NCBI GenBank assembly: GCA_016861085.1
Contig: BOKR01000001.1
Coordinates: forward strand, 761,696 to 825,695
Source of the DNA: Patescibacteria group bacterium
GTDB lineage: Bacteria > Patescibacteriota > Microgenomatia > UBA1400 > PJMF01
Reading direction: 5' to 3'
DNA length: 64,000 bases
Below are positions 48,384 to 58,733 of the stretch, piece after piece (position 1 is the stretch's first letter; every line of letters begins with the position of its first letter). Made by a program: the position numbers and the translations under genes. A model generated the notes under the pieces. The model was not told the origin of the DNA. It saw only the letters and a list, made by a program, of their open reading frames with translations, and did not search any database.

Positions 48384-51005
48384 TTATTTTTTTGAAGCAA
48401 TCTCTTGTAATCTTGCTAGTTCCTGTAATGCTTCAATTGGGGTCATACGTTCAATAACAATCGCTTGTAAATCTGCAACAATTTTTTCACTCAAATCACT
48501 TGTATTAATCTTTTTATTTTCGCCCTTAATTTCTTCAGCTTTTTTTTCTAAATTTGATAAAATTTTCACTGCTTTTTTTGTCACAATTTCTGGCACCCCA
48601 GCAAGTTTAGCAACAGCCACACCAAAACTATGTGAAGCACCACCAGGAATTACCTTGTGCAAAAAAATTGGCTCACCATTGTCATTCTCAATTGCCACCT
48701 GGAAATTCTGAATTTTTTCTGGATATTGTTCTGCCAGTTTTTGCAATTCATGATAGTGAGTTGCAAACAATGTTTTGGCATGAAGGCCACTTGTAACCAA
48801 ATATTCCGCAACTGCCCATGCAATGCTAATTCCATCATAAGTACTCGTACCTCTACCAATTTCATCCATGATAATTAAACTATTCTGAGTGGCGTGATTC
48901 AAAATGTGAGCGGTCTCTACCATCTCAACCATAAATGTTGATAAACCACTCGCAATAATGTCTGAAGCCCCGCTACGAACAAAAATTCTATCAACCAAAC
49001 TAATTTGTGCTGATTCTGCCGGTACAAAACAACCAATGTGAGCAAGCAAAACAATCAATGCAGTCTGGCGCATATAAACAGACTTACCAGCCATATTTGG
49101 GCCAGTTATTAACAAAAGTTGGTAATCAGTTTCATTCAAATAGGTATCATTGGGAACAAACTGGCTCTCATCCAAAACAGTTTCAACTACGGGGTGTCTG
49201 CCTTCTCGAATCAGTATCTCGCCAGTAGTAATCAGTTCTGGTTTTGTGTACCTATTTTTTTGAGCCAGCACAGCAAAAGAGGAAAGTACATCTGTGACTG
49301 ACATAGCATGTGCAGTATTTTGTAAAACTTGTGTATGTTGAACTACTTTTGAAACTGTTTCTAAAAATAACCGATGTTCTAACTCACCAATTTCCTCTTC
49401 AGCATTAAGAATCATGTCTTCATATCGCTTTAAGTCATCGGTAATAAACCGCTCTGCATTTACGAGTGTTTGTTTACGATAGTAATCACTTGGAACATGG
49501 TCTAAGTTTGCTTTGCTCACTTCAATATAATAACCAAACACTTTGTTATATTTTACTTTTAGTGAAGAAATTCCTGTTCTTTCACGTTCCTTTTGTTCAA
49601 GTTCTTTCACCCATGATTTCCCACCACCAGAAATATTTCTTAATTTGTCTAACCTCTCACTAACTCCTTCACGAATAATGCCTCCACTACGAATGTCAAT
49701 TTTGGGATTATCTAATATCTGTTTTGCAATCCATTCAATTACCACGGTGATTTCTTCGGTAATCTCTTTACTTAATTGGACAGCTAGATTATTTTTTAGT
49801 TCCAGCAAAAGTTTCTTAACTTCAAGTGATTTCTGCAAAGAGAGTTTGAGATTGAGCAGATCACCAGGATTTGCTAAACCCACTGAAAGCTTTGCTACAA
49901 TCCTTTCAATATCATATATTCCACTTAACTCCTCAATAACTTTTGATCTAAGGTTACGGTTAAATACACATTCTTCTACAAAGTCTAACCGCTGCTCAAT
50001 ATTTTTTTTATTTTTTAGTGGATGAATAAGCCAATTTTTTAGTAGACGCCCCCCAGCTGCACTCACTGTTTTATCTATGACTTGTAACAATGAGCCTTGC
50101 TTTTCGCCTTCACGAATTGTTTCAAATAGTTCCAAATTAACCACTGTAGAGCGATCTAAAATAACAAACTCATGAGGTTTATACGATTCGATTTTTTTTA
50201 TATGAGAAACTGTTTGTTGTTGGGTATGGTTTAGATATCCAAGTAGCACGGCGCTAGCAACCTTCGCATATGTTTTTGTTTCTATTCCGAATCCTCGTAA
50301 ACTAGAAATACCAAAATGATTTTTTAAATAATTGGCCGCATCACTTTCAAATACTTCCCATTGATCAAACGGGAAAATATTGAGCGAGGATACCTTTTTA
50401 AGTAGACCAAGAAACTCTCCTTCATTATATAAATTGTTTGGCAAAATACATTCACTGGGTTGAAATCGTAACAACTCAGTTAATAAAAGCTGTTCAAATT
50501 CTTGTCTGTTTTGAGCAGTAACCTGTGTTGTGACAAATGATCCTGTAGAAATATCAGCAAATGCAAGTGCAATCACTAACTCACCTTTTTCTTCACCTCT
50601 GCTAATACTCACAATGTGATTATTTTCTTTTTGTTGTAATGAGTTTTCATTCAAAACAGTACCAGGAGTTACAATTCTTACCACAGCTCTCTCAACAATT
50701 CCTCTTTTATCTGGCTCTGTAATTTGCTCACAAATTGCAACTTTATATCCGGCCTTCACCAATTTTGCAAGGTACTGTTCAGATGCATGATATGGTACCC
50801 CTGCCATTGGTACATCGCCGTCTTTACCTCTTGGACGAGCGGTTAGTGTAATGTTTAAAACTTTTGCACCAATTAGTGCATCATCTAAAAATAATTCATA
50901 AAAATCACCTAAACGAAAAAATAATAGGCAATCTGGATATTGCCTTTTGATTTCCATATATTGGAGCATCATTGGAGTTGAAAATTCTCTGTCCATAGTC
51001 ATCAT
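48384..51005 (-). CDS. mutS: DNA mismatch repair protein MutS
   Basis: GDFYELF, TGPNMAGKS and DEIGRGT motifs. Confidence 0.97.
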   Translation of the reverse strand: MMTMDREFSTPMMLQYMEIKRQYPDCLLFFRLGDFYELFLDDALIGAKVLNITLTARPRGKDGDVPMAGVPYHASEQYLAKLVKAGYKVAICEQITEPDKRGIVERAVVRIVTPGTVLNENSLQQKENNHIVSISRGEEKGELVIALAFADISTGSFVTTQVTAQNRQEFEQLLLTELLRFQPSECILPNNLYNEGEFLGLLKKVSSLNIFPFDQWEVFESDAANYLKNHFGISSLRGFGIETKTYAKVASAVLLGYLNHTQQQTVSHIKKIESYKPHEFVILDRSTVVNLELFETIREGEKQGSLLQVIDKTVSAAGGRLLKNWLIHPLKNKKNIEQRLDFVEECVFNRNLRSKVIEELSGIYDIERIVAKLSVGLANPGDLLNLKLSLQKSLEVKKLLLELKNNLAVQLSKEITEEITVVIEWIAKQILDNPKIDIRSGGIIREGVSERLDKLRNISGGGKSWVKELEQKERERTGISSLKVKYNKVFGYYIEVSKANLDHVPSDYYRKQTLVNAERFITDDLKRYEDMILNAEEEIGELEHRLFLETVSKVVQHTQVLQNTAHAMSVTDVLSSFAVLAQKNRYTKPELITTGEILIREGRHPVVETVLDESQFVPNDTYLNETDYQLLLITGPNMAGKSVYMRQTALIVLLAHIGCFVPAESAQISLVDRIFVRSGASDIIASGLSTFMVEMVETAHILNHATQNSLIIMDEIGRGTSTYDGISIAWAVAEYLVTSGLHAKTLFATHYHELQKLAEQYPEKIQNFQVAIENDNGEPIFLHKVIPGGASHSFGVAVAKLAGVPEIVTKKAVKILSNLEKKAEEIKGENKKINTSDLSEKIVADLQAIVIERMTPIEALQELARLQEIASKK

Positions 51006-51026
51006 TACTATAACAGCCCGATCACT

Positions 51027-51704
51027 TTACTCAAAGTCTTGTGTGTTAATCTTCTTCAATTTAAAGTTGATTCTCTTTTTTGCAAGTAATTCCTCAAGCT
51101 GACTATTCTTTTGGTAAGAACTTAATAGATATATAGTAGTATCACCATTTTCAGCTTCTTGAGCCTGTTCTCTAATGGCCAGCTGTTTCATTAGTGTCAA
51201 AACTCTATTCAAGTTTTTTGTTTTAATGCTTAATACATATGGTTTCGATTTAAGCCCAAAGATGAACTGTAGTTTTGCTATTGGTTCAAGCAATAACACA
51301 AACCCTAACATTGCCAGAGAGACTAAGTAGAATCCTGAACCAATTGCAATACCCATAGCAGCAGCAACCCAAATCATGGCTGCAGTTGTGACTCCCAATA
51401 CTTTTCTATCACTTTTCAAAATCACCCCTCCACCTACGAATCCAATTCCTGTCACGATTTGTGCCATCAGTCTTGCTGGATCAGCATTGGGAGAAACATA
51501 AATGTCTTTGAGGTGAATGGAAATTGCAGTTAACAGGGTTGAGCCAACACACAGTAACATTTGAGTCCGAATGCCAGCTGGCTTGCCACTCATTGTCCGG
51601 GTATACCCCATGATACCGCCCACAATAAAAGCAAAGATCAGTTTAAAAATTATTTGTAGTTCAAAAGGGTAAACATACTGATAAAATATATCAAAGAAGT
51701 CCAT
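51027..51704 (-). CDS. MgtC/SapB family protein
   Basis: AGIRT, DPARLMAQIVTGIGF and GVTTAA motifs. Confidence 0.9.
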   Translation of the reverse strand: MDFFDIFYQYVYPFELQIIFKLIFAFIVGGIMGYTRTMSGKPAGIRTQMLLCVGSTLLTAISIHLKDIYVSPNADPARLMAQIVTGIGFVGGGVILKSDRKVLGVTTAAMIWVAAAMGIAIGSGFYLVSLAMLGFVLLLEPIAKLQFIFGLKSKPYVLSIKTKNLNRVLTLMKQLAIREQAQEAENGDTTIYLLSSYQKNSQLEELLAKKRINFKLKKINTQDFE

Positions 51705-51777
51705 AGTAGTAGCACTATACTACTATGATTCGTAAATTTCAAAGACCCTTTTTCATTTGGTGCTGTATACTAAAACC

Positions 51778-52152
51778 ATGCAATATAACCAAAACACCAA
51801 GATTGCCGTAGTTGGCGTTTCTGCAAACCCAGATAAGTATGGACACAAAGTGTTCCGTGACTTACTACGATCTGAGTACAACATTGTTGGAATCAATCCA
51901 AAAGGTGGAGTTATTTTGAACCAAAAAATCTATCCTTCTCTACTCGACCTTCCAGAAATTCCAGAATTGGTAATCCTGGTTGTTCCACCAGAGGTTGGAA
52001 TGTCAGTTTTAGAAAGTGCGCTAGACTTGGGTGTAACTAATGTTTGGCTACAGCCTGGTGCCGAATCTGATGAATTAATCAAGTTTGCACAAGACAATAA
52101 CCTTGATATAACACACCATGCTTGCTTCATGACTACACAGGGAATATGGTAG
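51778..52152 (+). CDS. CoA-binding protein (YccU-like)
   Basis: IAVVGVS...KYG, INP and WLQPG motifs. Confidence 0.9.
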   Translation: MQYNQNTKIAVVGVSANPDKYGHKVFRDLLRSEYNIVGINPKGGVILNQKIYPSLLDLPEIPELVILVVPPEVGMSVLESALDLGVTNVWLQPGAESDELIKFAQDNNLDITHHACFMTTQGIW

Positions 52153-52923
52153 ATGATGAAAACTGTAGCTTTTCTTAAATCAGGTTTTGATGTTGAACGG
52201 TTTCGAAAAAAACTTCTGTGCAAAAAAAAATATAAGACTCTGCTAGAAACGTATTTCAATGATTTGCCCGAAATTGAAGATCAAAATTCTCCAAAATTTT
52301 GGGATGAAAAATTTGCTACGGAAACTGAAAGTGATTTATTCCCAATGTCCACAGACAGAAATAGAATTGTGGGCTCATTAATTCAGCCAAACACAAAAGT
52401 GCTTAATATTGGTGCTGGAATGGGGTACCTAGAAGAAGTTGTTTTTAACACTATTGGTGAACATATTGACTGGACTGGAACAGATATCACCAACCAAACA
52501 CTAGAAAAATTAAAAACAAATTTTCCAAAATATCATTTTGTGAAATCAAAAATAGAAGAGTTGCCTTTTGAGAGAGACACTTTTGATATTGTTTGTTTAC
52601 TAGAAGTTCTTGAGCATATTTCACCAAGGCACACATTTGGGGTGCTCAAAAAAATCCATACTGTTTTAAAGCCAGGAGGTACAGCAATTATCAGTGTGCC
52701 AGTGAATGAAGGTTTAGAAATGATGCCAAACAATCCAAATTCACACCTACGCGTTTATTCCAAAGAATTGCTTTCTTTTGAAGCCAGAATTTCTGGGTTT
52801 AAAATCAAAAGAATAATTGCTCTAACGGCATTCCCAAATTGGTATTTTGTTAAAAAAATAATCAACTCAATCTTCAATCTAAGAAAACCAAACAACTATA
52901 TTTTTATTTTAGAAAAAAAATAA
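52153..52923 (+). CDS. Class I SAM-dependent methyltransferase
   Basis: LNIGAGMG, EVLEH and LKPGG motifs. Confidence 0.88.
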   Translation: MMKTVAFLKSGFDVERFRKKLLCKKKYKTLLETYFNDLPEIEDQNSPKFWDEKFATETESDLFPMSTDRNRIVGSLIQPNTKVLNIGAGMGYLEEVVFNTIGEHIDWTGTDITNQTLEKLKTNFPKYHFVKSKIEELPFERDTFDIVCLLEVLEHISPRHTFGVLKKIHTVLKPGGTAIISVPVNEGLEMMPNNPNSHLRVYSKELLSFEARISGFKIKRIIALTAFPNWYFVKKIINSIFNLRKPNNYIFILEKK

Positions 52924-53487
52924 TTATCGTAATACAGCTGGAAACTTCTTCTTTGCCAACTCCCATGCTGCAATCGTCTGACCACACCAAATTTCATTGG
53001 CTTCAATTAGTCTATCCATTTCCTCAAAACTCAACTTTACAATCTCAATATCCTCTGTTGAATCAAAATGCTGTTGAGAATTAAACTCACAATCTTTTGC
53101 TAAATACACAAACACAATTTCTGTTGCCTTAGTTGAAAAGCCAGAAAGCCTTGCAAACTGCGTTAATTGGCTTAGTTCAACTTTGACACCAGTTTCTTCT
53201 TCAAGTTCATGTTGAGCTGTTTCATCCATATTTTTGTGAGTATCTTCGATTCTTCCGGCTGGGAACTGCATAATAACTTCATCGACTCCTGGTTTGTATT
53301 GATTCACAATAATGACTTTCTTGTCTTTCGTTATTGGAACAATCATGGCCACATCAGCCAAAGTAGTTACAGTAAAATCATCAACAATTCTTCCGTTTGG
53401 CAACTGATAGGTACGCTCTTCAATTGGAAACCATTTACTTGGTGAAACATCTTTTTTCGAAAGTAACTTCCATTTTTTAGGTTGCAT
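52924..53487 (-). CDS. NUDIX hydrolase (ADP-ribose pyrophosphatase-like)
   Basis: PAGRIE...ELEEETG motif. Confidence 0.9.
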   Translation of the reverse strand: MQPKKWKLLSKKDVSPSKWFPIEERTYQLPNGRIVDDFTVTTLADVAMIVPITKDKKVIIVNQYKPGVDEVIMQFPAGRIEDTHKNMDETAQHELEEETGVKVELSQLTQFARLSGFSTKATEIVFVYLAKDCEFNSQQHFDSTEDIEIVKLSFEEMDRLIEANEIWCGQTIAAWELAKKKFPAVLR

Positions 53488-54244
53488 TTTTTACCTCTTT
53501 TTCTCGTTCTGCTAATAATTCTTTTGCTTTATTCTTACCAATGTCAGTGACAAAATAACTGTCTAAGTCGTTTCGCAAATTTTCTAAGTACTCTATTGGT
53601 ATAACTCCCTTTCTTATTGTATCTTGCCAAAAGTTGAGGTGGGTAAATGACCAAACATGATCCAAATCGACAAGCAACTGAACCTCTGTTGGCATCTCAT
53701 TTCCCGCACCAGCAACTGCTTCTGGTTTGTCATGAAATAAAATTGCCTTGCAAATAAGTTCAATTTCAGAATTTGTTAATCCAAGTTCATCTTGTTTTTC
53801 TGTTAAAATTCTCCTTGCATTTTGTTCACCTAAAATTGCATGTTTTTCTTTCGGAGCAAGAGCTTTATTAGTTATCCTCAAGCCTAAAACACCTAAACTA
53901 TATGCAATTTCTTGCTCAGTCATTTGACTCCAACCAGAATCATGTAACATAAGTGCATAAGCTAAAACATTTCTGTTAACATTTTTACCAGTAGATTCTG
54001 CTTTTGCAATAAATTCATTTAAATACTGCATACAAACTGCTGTGTGAACATCTGTAGTTCTTGCGGATAATAGTGGTAAAATTTCGGAGTAAAAAGATCG
54101 AAAATCTTTCGGAATTAAATCAAGATATTCGTCACTCCACGGCAAAAAAATAAGAAAGTGCTGTTCAGACTCTGGTAGTTGTGAATTATCTGGCAATGTA
54201 ACCAAGACATCTTTTGGAAAATTCGCTGGCACAGTTACTCGCAT
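53477..54244 (-). CDS. HD domain protein
   Basis: H...LHDSGW...HA...HD...D.D pattern. Confidence 0.8.
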   Translation of the reverse strand: MRVTVPANFPKDVLVTLPDNSQLPESEQHFLIFLPWSDEYLDLIPKDFRSFYSEILPLLSARTTDVHTAVCMQYLNEFIAKAESTGKNVNRNVLAYALMLHDSGWSQMTEQEIAYSLGVLGLRITNKALAPKEKHAILGEQNARRILTEKQDELGLTNSEIELICKAILFHDKPEAVAGAGNEMPTEVQLLVDLDHVWSFTHLNFWQDTIRKGVIPIEYLENLRNDLDSYFVTDIGKNKAKELLAEREKEVKNAT

Positions 54245-55101
54245 AATATTTCCTCCCAGTATGTTACTCTATCATTTCTAATGGCCAAAATATTTTGAAA
54301 TGCAAAAATTTCATGGGTCACTGGTGAGTATTTCTGTAATGGCAACAATCCATTTTTGCTAACTCTATAAAGAGTATAACCATTCAAAATATCAACGAAA
54401 TCTTTAAAAAACACCCGTTGGAACACATTCATTTGATTAAACTCAAATTGAATTAACTCTATTTTTTTATTTTCCAGTAATTCAAGCGCCCCACGCAAAA
54501 CTTCCAACTCAAATCCTTCTACATCTATTTTTAATAATGAAATATTTTTTATTTTCTGTTCTTTTACAAACATATCCAAAGTTACACAGTCAACCATAAA
54601 TGACTGTGCCTTTTGACCATGTAAATTTTCAATCACAGTTTTATTCAAGCTTGCTAAAGTTGATGTTGGTTGCGTATATTTTAATTCACTATCTTCAGCA
54701 AAATCCCACAGTTTAACCTTTTTGTTTTCAGAACCTACTGCTAAATTGTGAGCAGTTATTTTTGTTCCAAACCGATTTTTTTTAGGAGCATTTTTCAAAT
54801 ATTTCTCAAAAATTTTTGGGTGTGGCTCAAATGCAATAATTTCTTTTGCGTGTAAAGAATTGGAACCAAAAACTACTGTATTAGCACCAACATCTAAAAT
54901 CGTATCAAGTTTCTTTTGTGAGATTTTTTCAATCAACCATCCTTCACCAGTTACCTCATCACTACCAGCATTTAAAACACCCATGCCACGAAGAGAAAGT
55001 TTATAGATGGTAACCCATAATTTTTGCAATGATTTTCTTGTTACCACTGAAGTTAATAGTAAGGCTAGGCGGTTTTTCAGGTCTAAGAGTAAAGTATCCA
55101 T
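54235..55101 (-). CDS. FkbM family methyltransferase
   Basis: DVGAN, AFEP and KIDVEGFE motifs. Confidence 0.9.
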   Translation of the reverse strand: MDTLLLDLKNRLALLLTSVVTRKSLQKLWVTIYKLSLRGMGVLNAGSDEVTGEGWLIEKISQKKLDTILDVGANTVVFGSNSLHAKEIIAFEPHPKIFEKYLKNAPKKNRFGTKITAHNLAVGSENKKVKLWDFAEDSELKYTQPTSTLASLNKTVIENLHGQKAQSFMVDCVTLDMFVKEQKIKNISLLKIDVEGFELEVLRGALELLENKKIELIQFEFNQMNVFQRVFFKDFVDILNGYTLYRVSKNGLLPLQKYSPVTHEIFAFQNILAIRNDRVTYWEEILCE

Positions 55102-55123
55102 GAGGAAAATTATAACACTAAGG

Positions 55124-55206
55124 CGGAGGTGGAGGGGTTCGAACCCACGAATCCCGAAGGATCACGCTTTCCAGGCGTGTGCAATTGACCACTATGCGAC
55201 ACCTCC
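55124..55206 (-). tRNA. tRNA-Ser(GGA)
   Basis: GGAGGTG/CACCTCC acceptor stem, CACGC-CTGGAAA-GCGTG anticodon arm, long variable arm, GTTCGAAC. Confidence 0.93.
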
Positions 55207-55234
55207 TCAAAAAAAGCTACAAATTAGAGATCTA

Positions 55235-55714
55235 TTATAACACTAAATTCTCGACAGCTTTCACCATATCATCATTACCAAGCAGTGTGTCTTTTTGAGA
55301 CAATATTTCTTCTCTCGTGTACCATTTTGCATCATAAATTTCTTCGTCTGATGGATTTTTAGTGACATCAATTTTTTGCTCGCCAACCAATGTGCATTGG
55401 TAACCGATACAAACAATATGGACACCGCTTTTTTCTGGGCTGTCATGCTCTTTTTCTCCTAAGACAAAATCCCAAGCTCCAATTACTTTACCAACTTTTA
55501 TGTCTAGCCCCGTTTCCTCTTTTACTTCTCGAATCAGTGCTAGATCTAAACGCTCACCAAACTCTATCCCGCCTCCTGGAAAATCAACAATTTCTACAGG
55601 ATTTCCGTCGCGATGCACTAATTCATGAATCATCAAAATTTTACCCTCATGAACTATGAGCGCTTTCACCCCGGGACGCATTCTTTGTTTTGGATTTAAG
55701 TGATCTGTTGGCAT
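55235..55714 (-). CDS. NUDIX hydrolase
   Basis: PGGGIEFGE...REVKEETG motif. Confidence 0.9.
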   Translation of the reverse strand: MPTDHLNPKQRMRPGVKALIVHEGKILMIHELVHRDGNPVEIVDFPGGGIEFGERLDLALIREVKEETGLDIKVGKVIGAWDFVLGEKEHDSPEKSGVHIVCIGYQCTLVGEQKIDVTKNPSDEEIYDAKWYTREEILSQKDTLLGNDDMVKAVENLVL

Positions 55715-55735
55715 ATGGTTTATAATACCAGGCAA

Positions 55736-56431
55736 ATGAAAAAAATTATACATCCTGAAAGTGGTACTGCGACTAATTTATTTGCGTTGCCAGAACTTCC
55801 AACTCAGCTTCAAAAAAGTATTGAGTTAGTGCAAAGACAAAATGGAATTCTAACTATTTTAATTCATCCTTTTTTCCAACAACTTGGTTCACAGCAGTTT
55901 GATTCTTTTTCAACTCCTCAATTAATGAAATATCTTCTTGAACACGACACAGCTTCAACTAAGGGCCTGAGTGCTCGATCAAGAGGTTCATTACACAGAC
56001 AAATAATCACAAAAGATGTGACGGAGTTAGGTACAATGGCTTATTTTTTTCGTCTGAAAAATCTGCTTGAAAAATCAAACATGATGATCCTTGCACTTGG
56101 AGAATATGGGCCACACGTGGGAGCTTCTATAGCTTTACTCCGTGAGTTTGGATATAAAGGTGACCTGCTGGTATATGAAACAAAAATTGCCGACCCAAAA
56201 CCTGACCCTCGTGAAGGCACGTGGGATGATTTAGCAAGAGCTATAGCATTACTTGCTCCAAAAAAGCTTGTTGTAGGCGGTCAAATGAATAGATGTCCTG
56301 CAGAAAATATGTCTGTTCGTAGAGGTTGTATTCCCGGGTTCGTGACCGATATCAGTGCAAGACTACCCAAAGATAAAAAAACTCAAATTATTATTTCACC
56401 AGTTACTTATCCAAATTGGTGGAAAAAGTAG
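55736..56431 (+). CDS. Hypothetical protein
   Basis: Long ORF with TATAAT just upstream; IHP...GG...GC pattern loosely resembles cysteine hydrolases. Confidence 0.6.
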   Translation: MKKIIHPESGTATNLFALPELPTQLQKSIELVQRQNGILTILIHPFFQQLGSQQFDSFSTPQLMKYLLEHDTASTKGLSARSRGSLHRQIITKDVTELGTMAYFFRLKNLLEKSNMMILALGEYGPHVGASIALLREFGYKGDLLVYETKIADPKPDPREGTWDDLARAIALLAPKKLVVGGQMNRCPAENMSVRRGCIPGFVTDISARLPKDKKTQIIISPVTYPNWWKK

Positions 56432-57521
56432 ATTGAAACTTGTTTAAAACTTCACAAACCCATTGAATGTCATCGCTCCTCACATGCAACCCCATCGGTA
56501 AGTACACAATTTTTTGCTTTTTGCTCCAAGGGCTATCGTTAAGTTCAAACCTCAGTAACAGACCGTTTTCACGAACAAACCGCAAAAAAAATTCAGCATA
56601 CTGCAACTCTAAGCCTAACGGAAATCCTCGCAGCTGAGAAAAATCTGGTTCAGAAATTGGAATGTAAAAAAAGTATTTTGATTTTTTTGTTTTCTGCAAA
56701 ATATTTTTGTATAGCTGTGCTTGTTTACGCTTTAGGTCATATATTTTTACAATATTTAGCCTGTTTGACATCCATGCCATTCCAGGAATTCCACATGCAG
56801 GTAACTGTTGATCACCAATAACGTCATAACCCTTTTTCATAGCAAACTCAGCACAAATATTTCCGTATTTTTGAATTACCTTACTTTTTGTGTAGTAAGC
56901 AATATTGAGGAATAGCTCCATTAGCACCCACCAAAAAAATACTTGCAATCGATACCAAGCTGTTAAAAGATTAGTTTTCATGGGAATTTTTGGAATTGGA
57001 TGAACCGAATATACCCAACTGCCCTGCACTGGAACCACTTTTCGCAAACTATCTATAACGTAATGGTTTTTCGTAGCAAATTTGATAGCTTGAGGATCAA
57101 CAACTTTGTGCACACAGTCTTCAATCAAAATAGTTTTTTTTGGCAAAAACTCTAACCATTCCTTTGAATTTTTTAGCAAAGGATTTGTAATTCCAATTGA
57201 ATGAAAAATAACAACAACCGCTGGATTATTTTTTTGTAACTTGTTAATAAAATCAGATTCGTTTGGCTGCAAATATTTGTCTACATTGTAATGAATGTGC
57301 TGCAATCCGTGAGAATTCATGTTATCTGTCACATCACCACAAAAAAATTCAGGAACTAAAACAACTGCATTTTTCTTGATTTTGTGGATTTTGAGCAAAT
57401 GCCACAAAGCGTCCTCCCAAGAAAGAAAAAAACTCCCACTAATTTTTTTTGTTTGAGAAGACAGTTGACTTGAGCGATTGGTAAAATACGTAGGAATCAA
57501 TGGTGGCTGAATAGGGAGCAT
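56403..57521 (-). CDS. DegT/DnrJ-like PLP-fold protein (divergent)
   Basis: LVPEFFC, IEDCVH and DSLRK motifs. Confidence 0.65.
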   Translation of the reverse strand: MLPIQPPLIPTYFTNRSSQLSSQTKKISGSFFLSWEDALWHLLKIHKIKKNAVVLVPEFFCGDVTDNMNSHGLQHIHYNVDKYLQPNESDFINKLQKNNPAVVVIFHSIGITNPLLKNSKEWLEFLPKKTILIEDCVHKVVDPQAIKFATKNHYVIDSLRKVVPVQGSWVYSVHPIPKIPMKTNLLTAWYRLQVFFWWVLMELFLNIAYYTKSKVIQKYGNICAEFAMKKGYDVIGDQQLPACGIPGMAWMSNRLNIVKIYDLKRKQAQLYKNILQKTKKSKYFFYIPISEPDFSQLRGFPLGLELQYAEFFLRFVRENGLLLRFELNDSPWSKKQKIVYLPMGLHVRSDDIQWVCEVLNKFQSTFSTNLDK

Positions 57522-57843
57522 GATTTTTATCTAAAATAGAGGATTTATATGGGTTCATTTTATCATATTTTGATCTGGTTTACCACTTGTAATATAGCAT
57601 CATTGTGATATACTATTATAGGTTGTTTTGATTTCGTTGCTATGCGCGATGAATAATCAAAAGAGCCACTGTTCTTTAACATACCGCGTGATACTAGATT
57701 TTTTGAAATAAGGTTCGCCCTTGTTGATTATATATGGTTCGTATATTTAGATATGGTACTTTGTGTGATCAACTAGGGCGAGCAAAATTCAAAAATTTAA
57801 TTTAATGCTTGTCCTTTATTCTTTCCCTATAGGTGAAAAACTT

Positions 57844-58188
57844 ATGAAACGTTTGAAAACCATTCTCATCATCGCCAGTTTCTTGATTGGGCTGGCCCTC
57901 CTGGTTGGGTGCGCAAGCGCCCCAACCTCCGCGCCGGCGGCTCCGGCAACCACAACATACGTTGTCACAAATGAAGATGCCCGCTCCGTTGACACCCCGG
58001 CCATCACGGCCGAAGTCACCTGGGACGGCTCTTCCTGGACCTGCAACGTCCAGAACTGCGCCCAGAACAAGCAGATCAATGGCAATACCATGGAATTCTG
58101 GGTTTCCATGGTCAAAATCGCCACGGAAGACGTTGACAACCCCGGCCAACTAATCCCTGAACCCGGCTTTACAGTCTCGGTTAAATAG
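57844..58188 (+). CDS. GC-rich small lipoprotein
   Basis: MKRLK...LLVGC lipobox, APT-rich linker; GC-rich relative to flanks. Confidence 0.75.
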   Translation: MKRLKTILIIASFLIGLALLVGCASAPTSAPAAPATTTYVVTNEDARSVDTPAITAEVTWDGSSWTCNVQNCAQNKQINGNTMEFWVSMVKIATEDVDNPGQLIPEPGFTVSVK

Positions 58189-58199
58189 TTTGAGTAGAA

Positions 58200-58230
58200 C
58201 TTAGGCACCCTCAACTTGAGGGTGCCTAAG
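58200..58230. terminator. Strong hairpin between convergent genes (terminator-like, weak U tract)
   Basis: CTTAGGCACCCTCAA-C-TTGAGGGTGCCTAAG perfect inverted repeat. Confidence 0.6.
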
Positions 58231-58279
58231 GTTTCTGCAAATTAAAGCACAGCAACAAAAATCACGCGGTATATAACTT

Positions 58280-58702
58280 TTAATGAGAACTCAACAAACC
58301 AGGATGCTCAGCAGCAATTTTTATAATTTTTTTAAGCGTTGGCAGATTGACTTGTTCTATTTTCTTGAATCGAATGCAGCTTTTACCAACACTGACTTTA
58401 CCTAGTTCGTTCTTATATTTTTCAGCTACATACTCATTATCAACTACGCTACAAATATATACACTCACATAGTTTTTTTGATTAGCTAAAGCAATCACAG
58501 GCCATTCACCTTTTTCTTTTTTGTAATTGGTGTAAGGAAAAGAACCATACCCAATCATATTTGAAGCAAAATGAGGTTTTAGTGTTGGGGCATTTTCTTG
58601 GATAAAAGCGTGAAGAAAATTGATTATTTCTTGACGATCTTCAGGGACTGCATCTATATAAGATTTAATTGATGCAGCTTTGATGGATTTAAACATGTTC
58701 AT
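58280..58702 (-). CDS. DUF1801 (YdhG-like) protein
   Basis: MIGYG, QKNYVSVY and GKSCIRFK motifs. Confidence 0.85.
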   Translation of the reverse strand: MNMFKSIKAASIKSYIDAVPEDRQEIINFLHAFIQENAPTLKPHFASNMIGYGSFPYTNYKKEKGEWPVIALANQKNYVSVYICSVVDNEYVAEKYKNELGKVSVGKSCIRFKKIEQVNLPTLKKIIKIAAEHPGLLSSH

Positions 58703-58733
58703 TTGTAACTATTGTAACAAATAACTGTTATTG

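Noticed and set aside
52924-55123. A third att array downstream of tRNA-Ser(GGA)
   Set aside because: Genes overlap or abut and no tRNA-like repeat was seen
55007-55240. 77-aa ORF in the track
   Set aside because: Antisense to tRNA-Ser and the FkbM gene
57802-58214. Alternative-frame ORFs over the GC-rich lipoprotein (similarly 29109-30278)
   Set aside because: Expected shadow ORFs in GC-rich DNA; only one frame has a lipobox and a matching promoter
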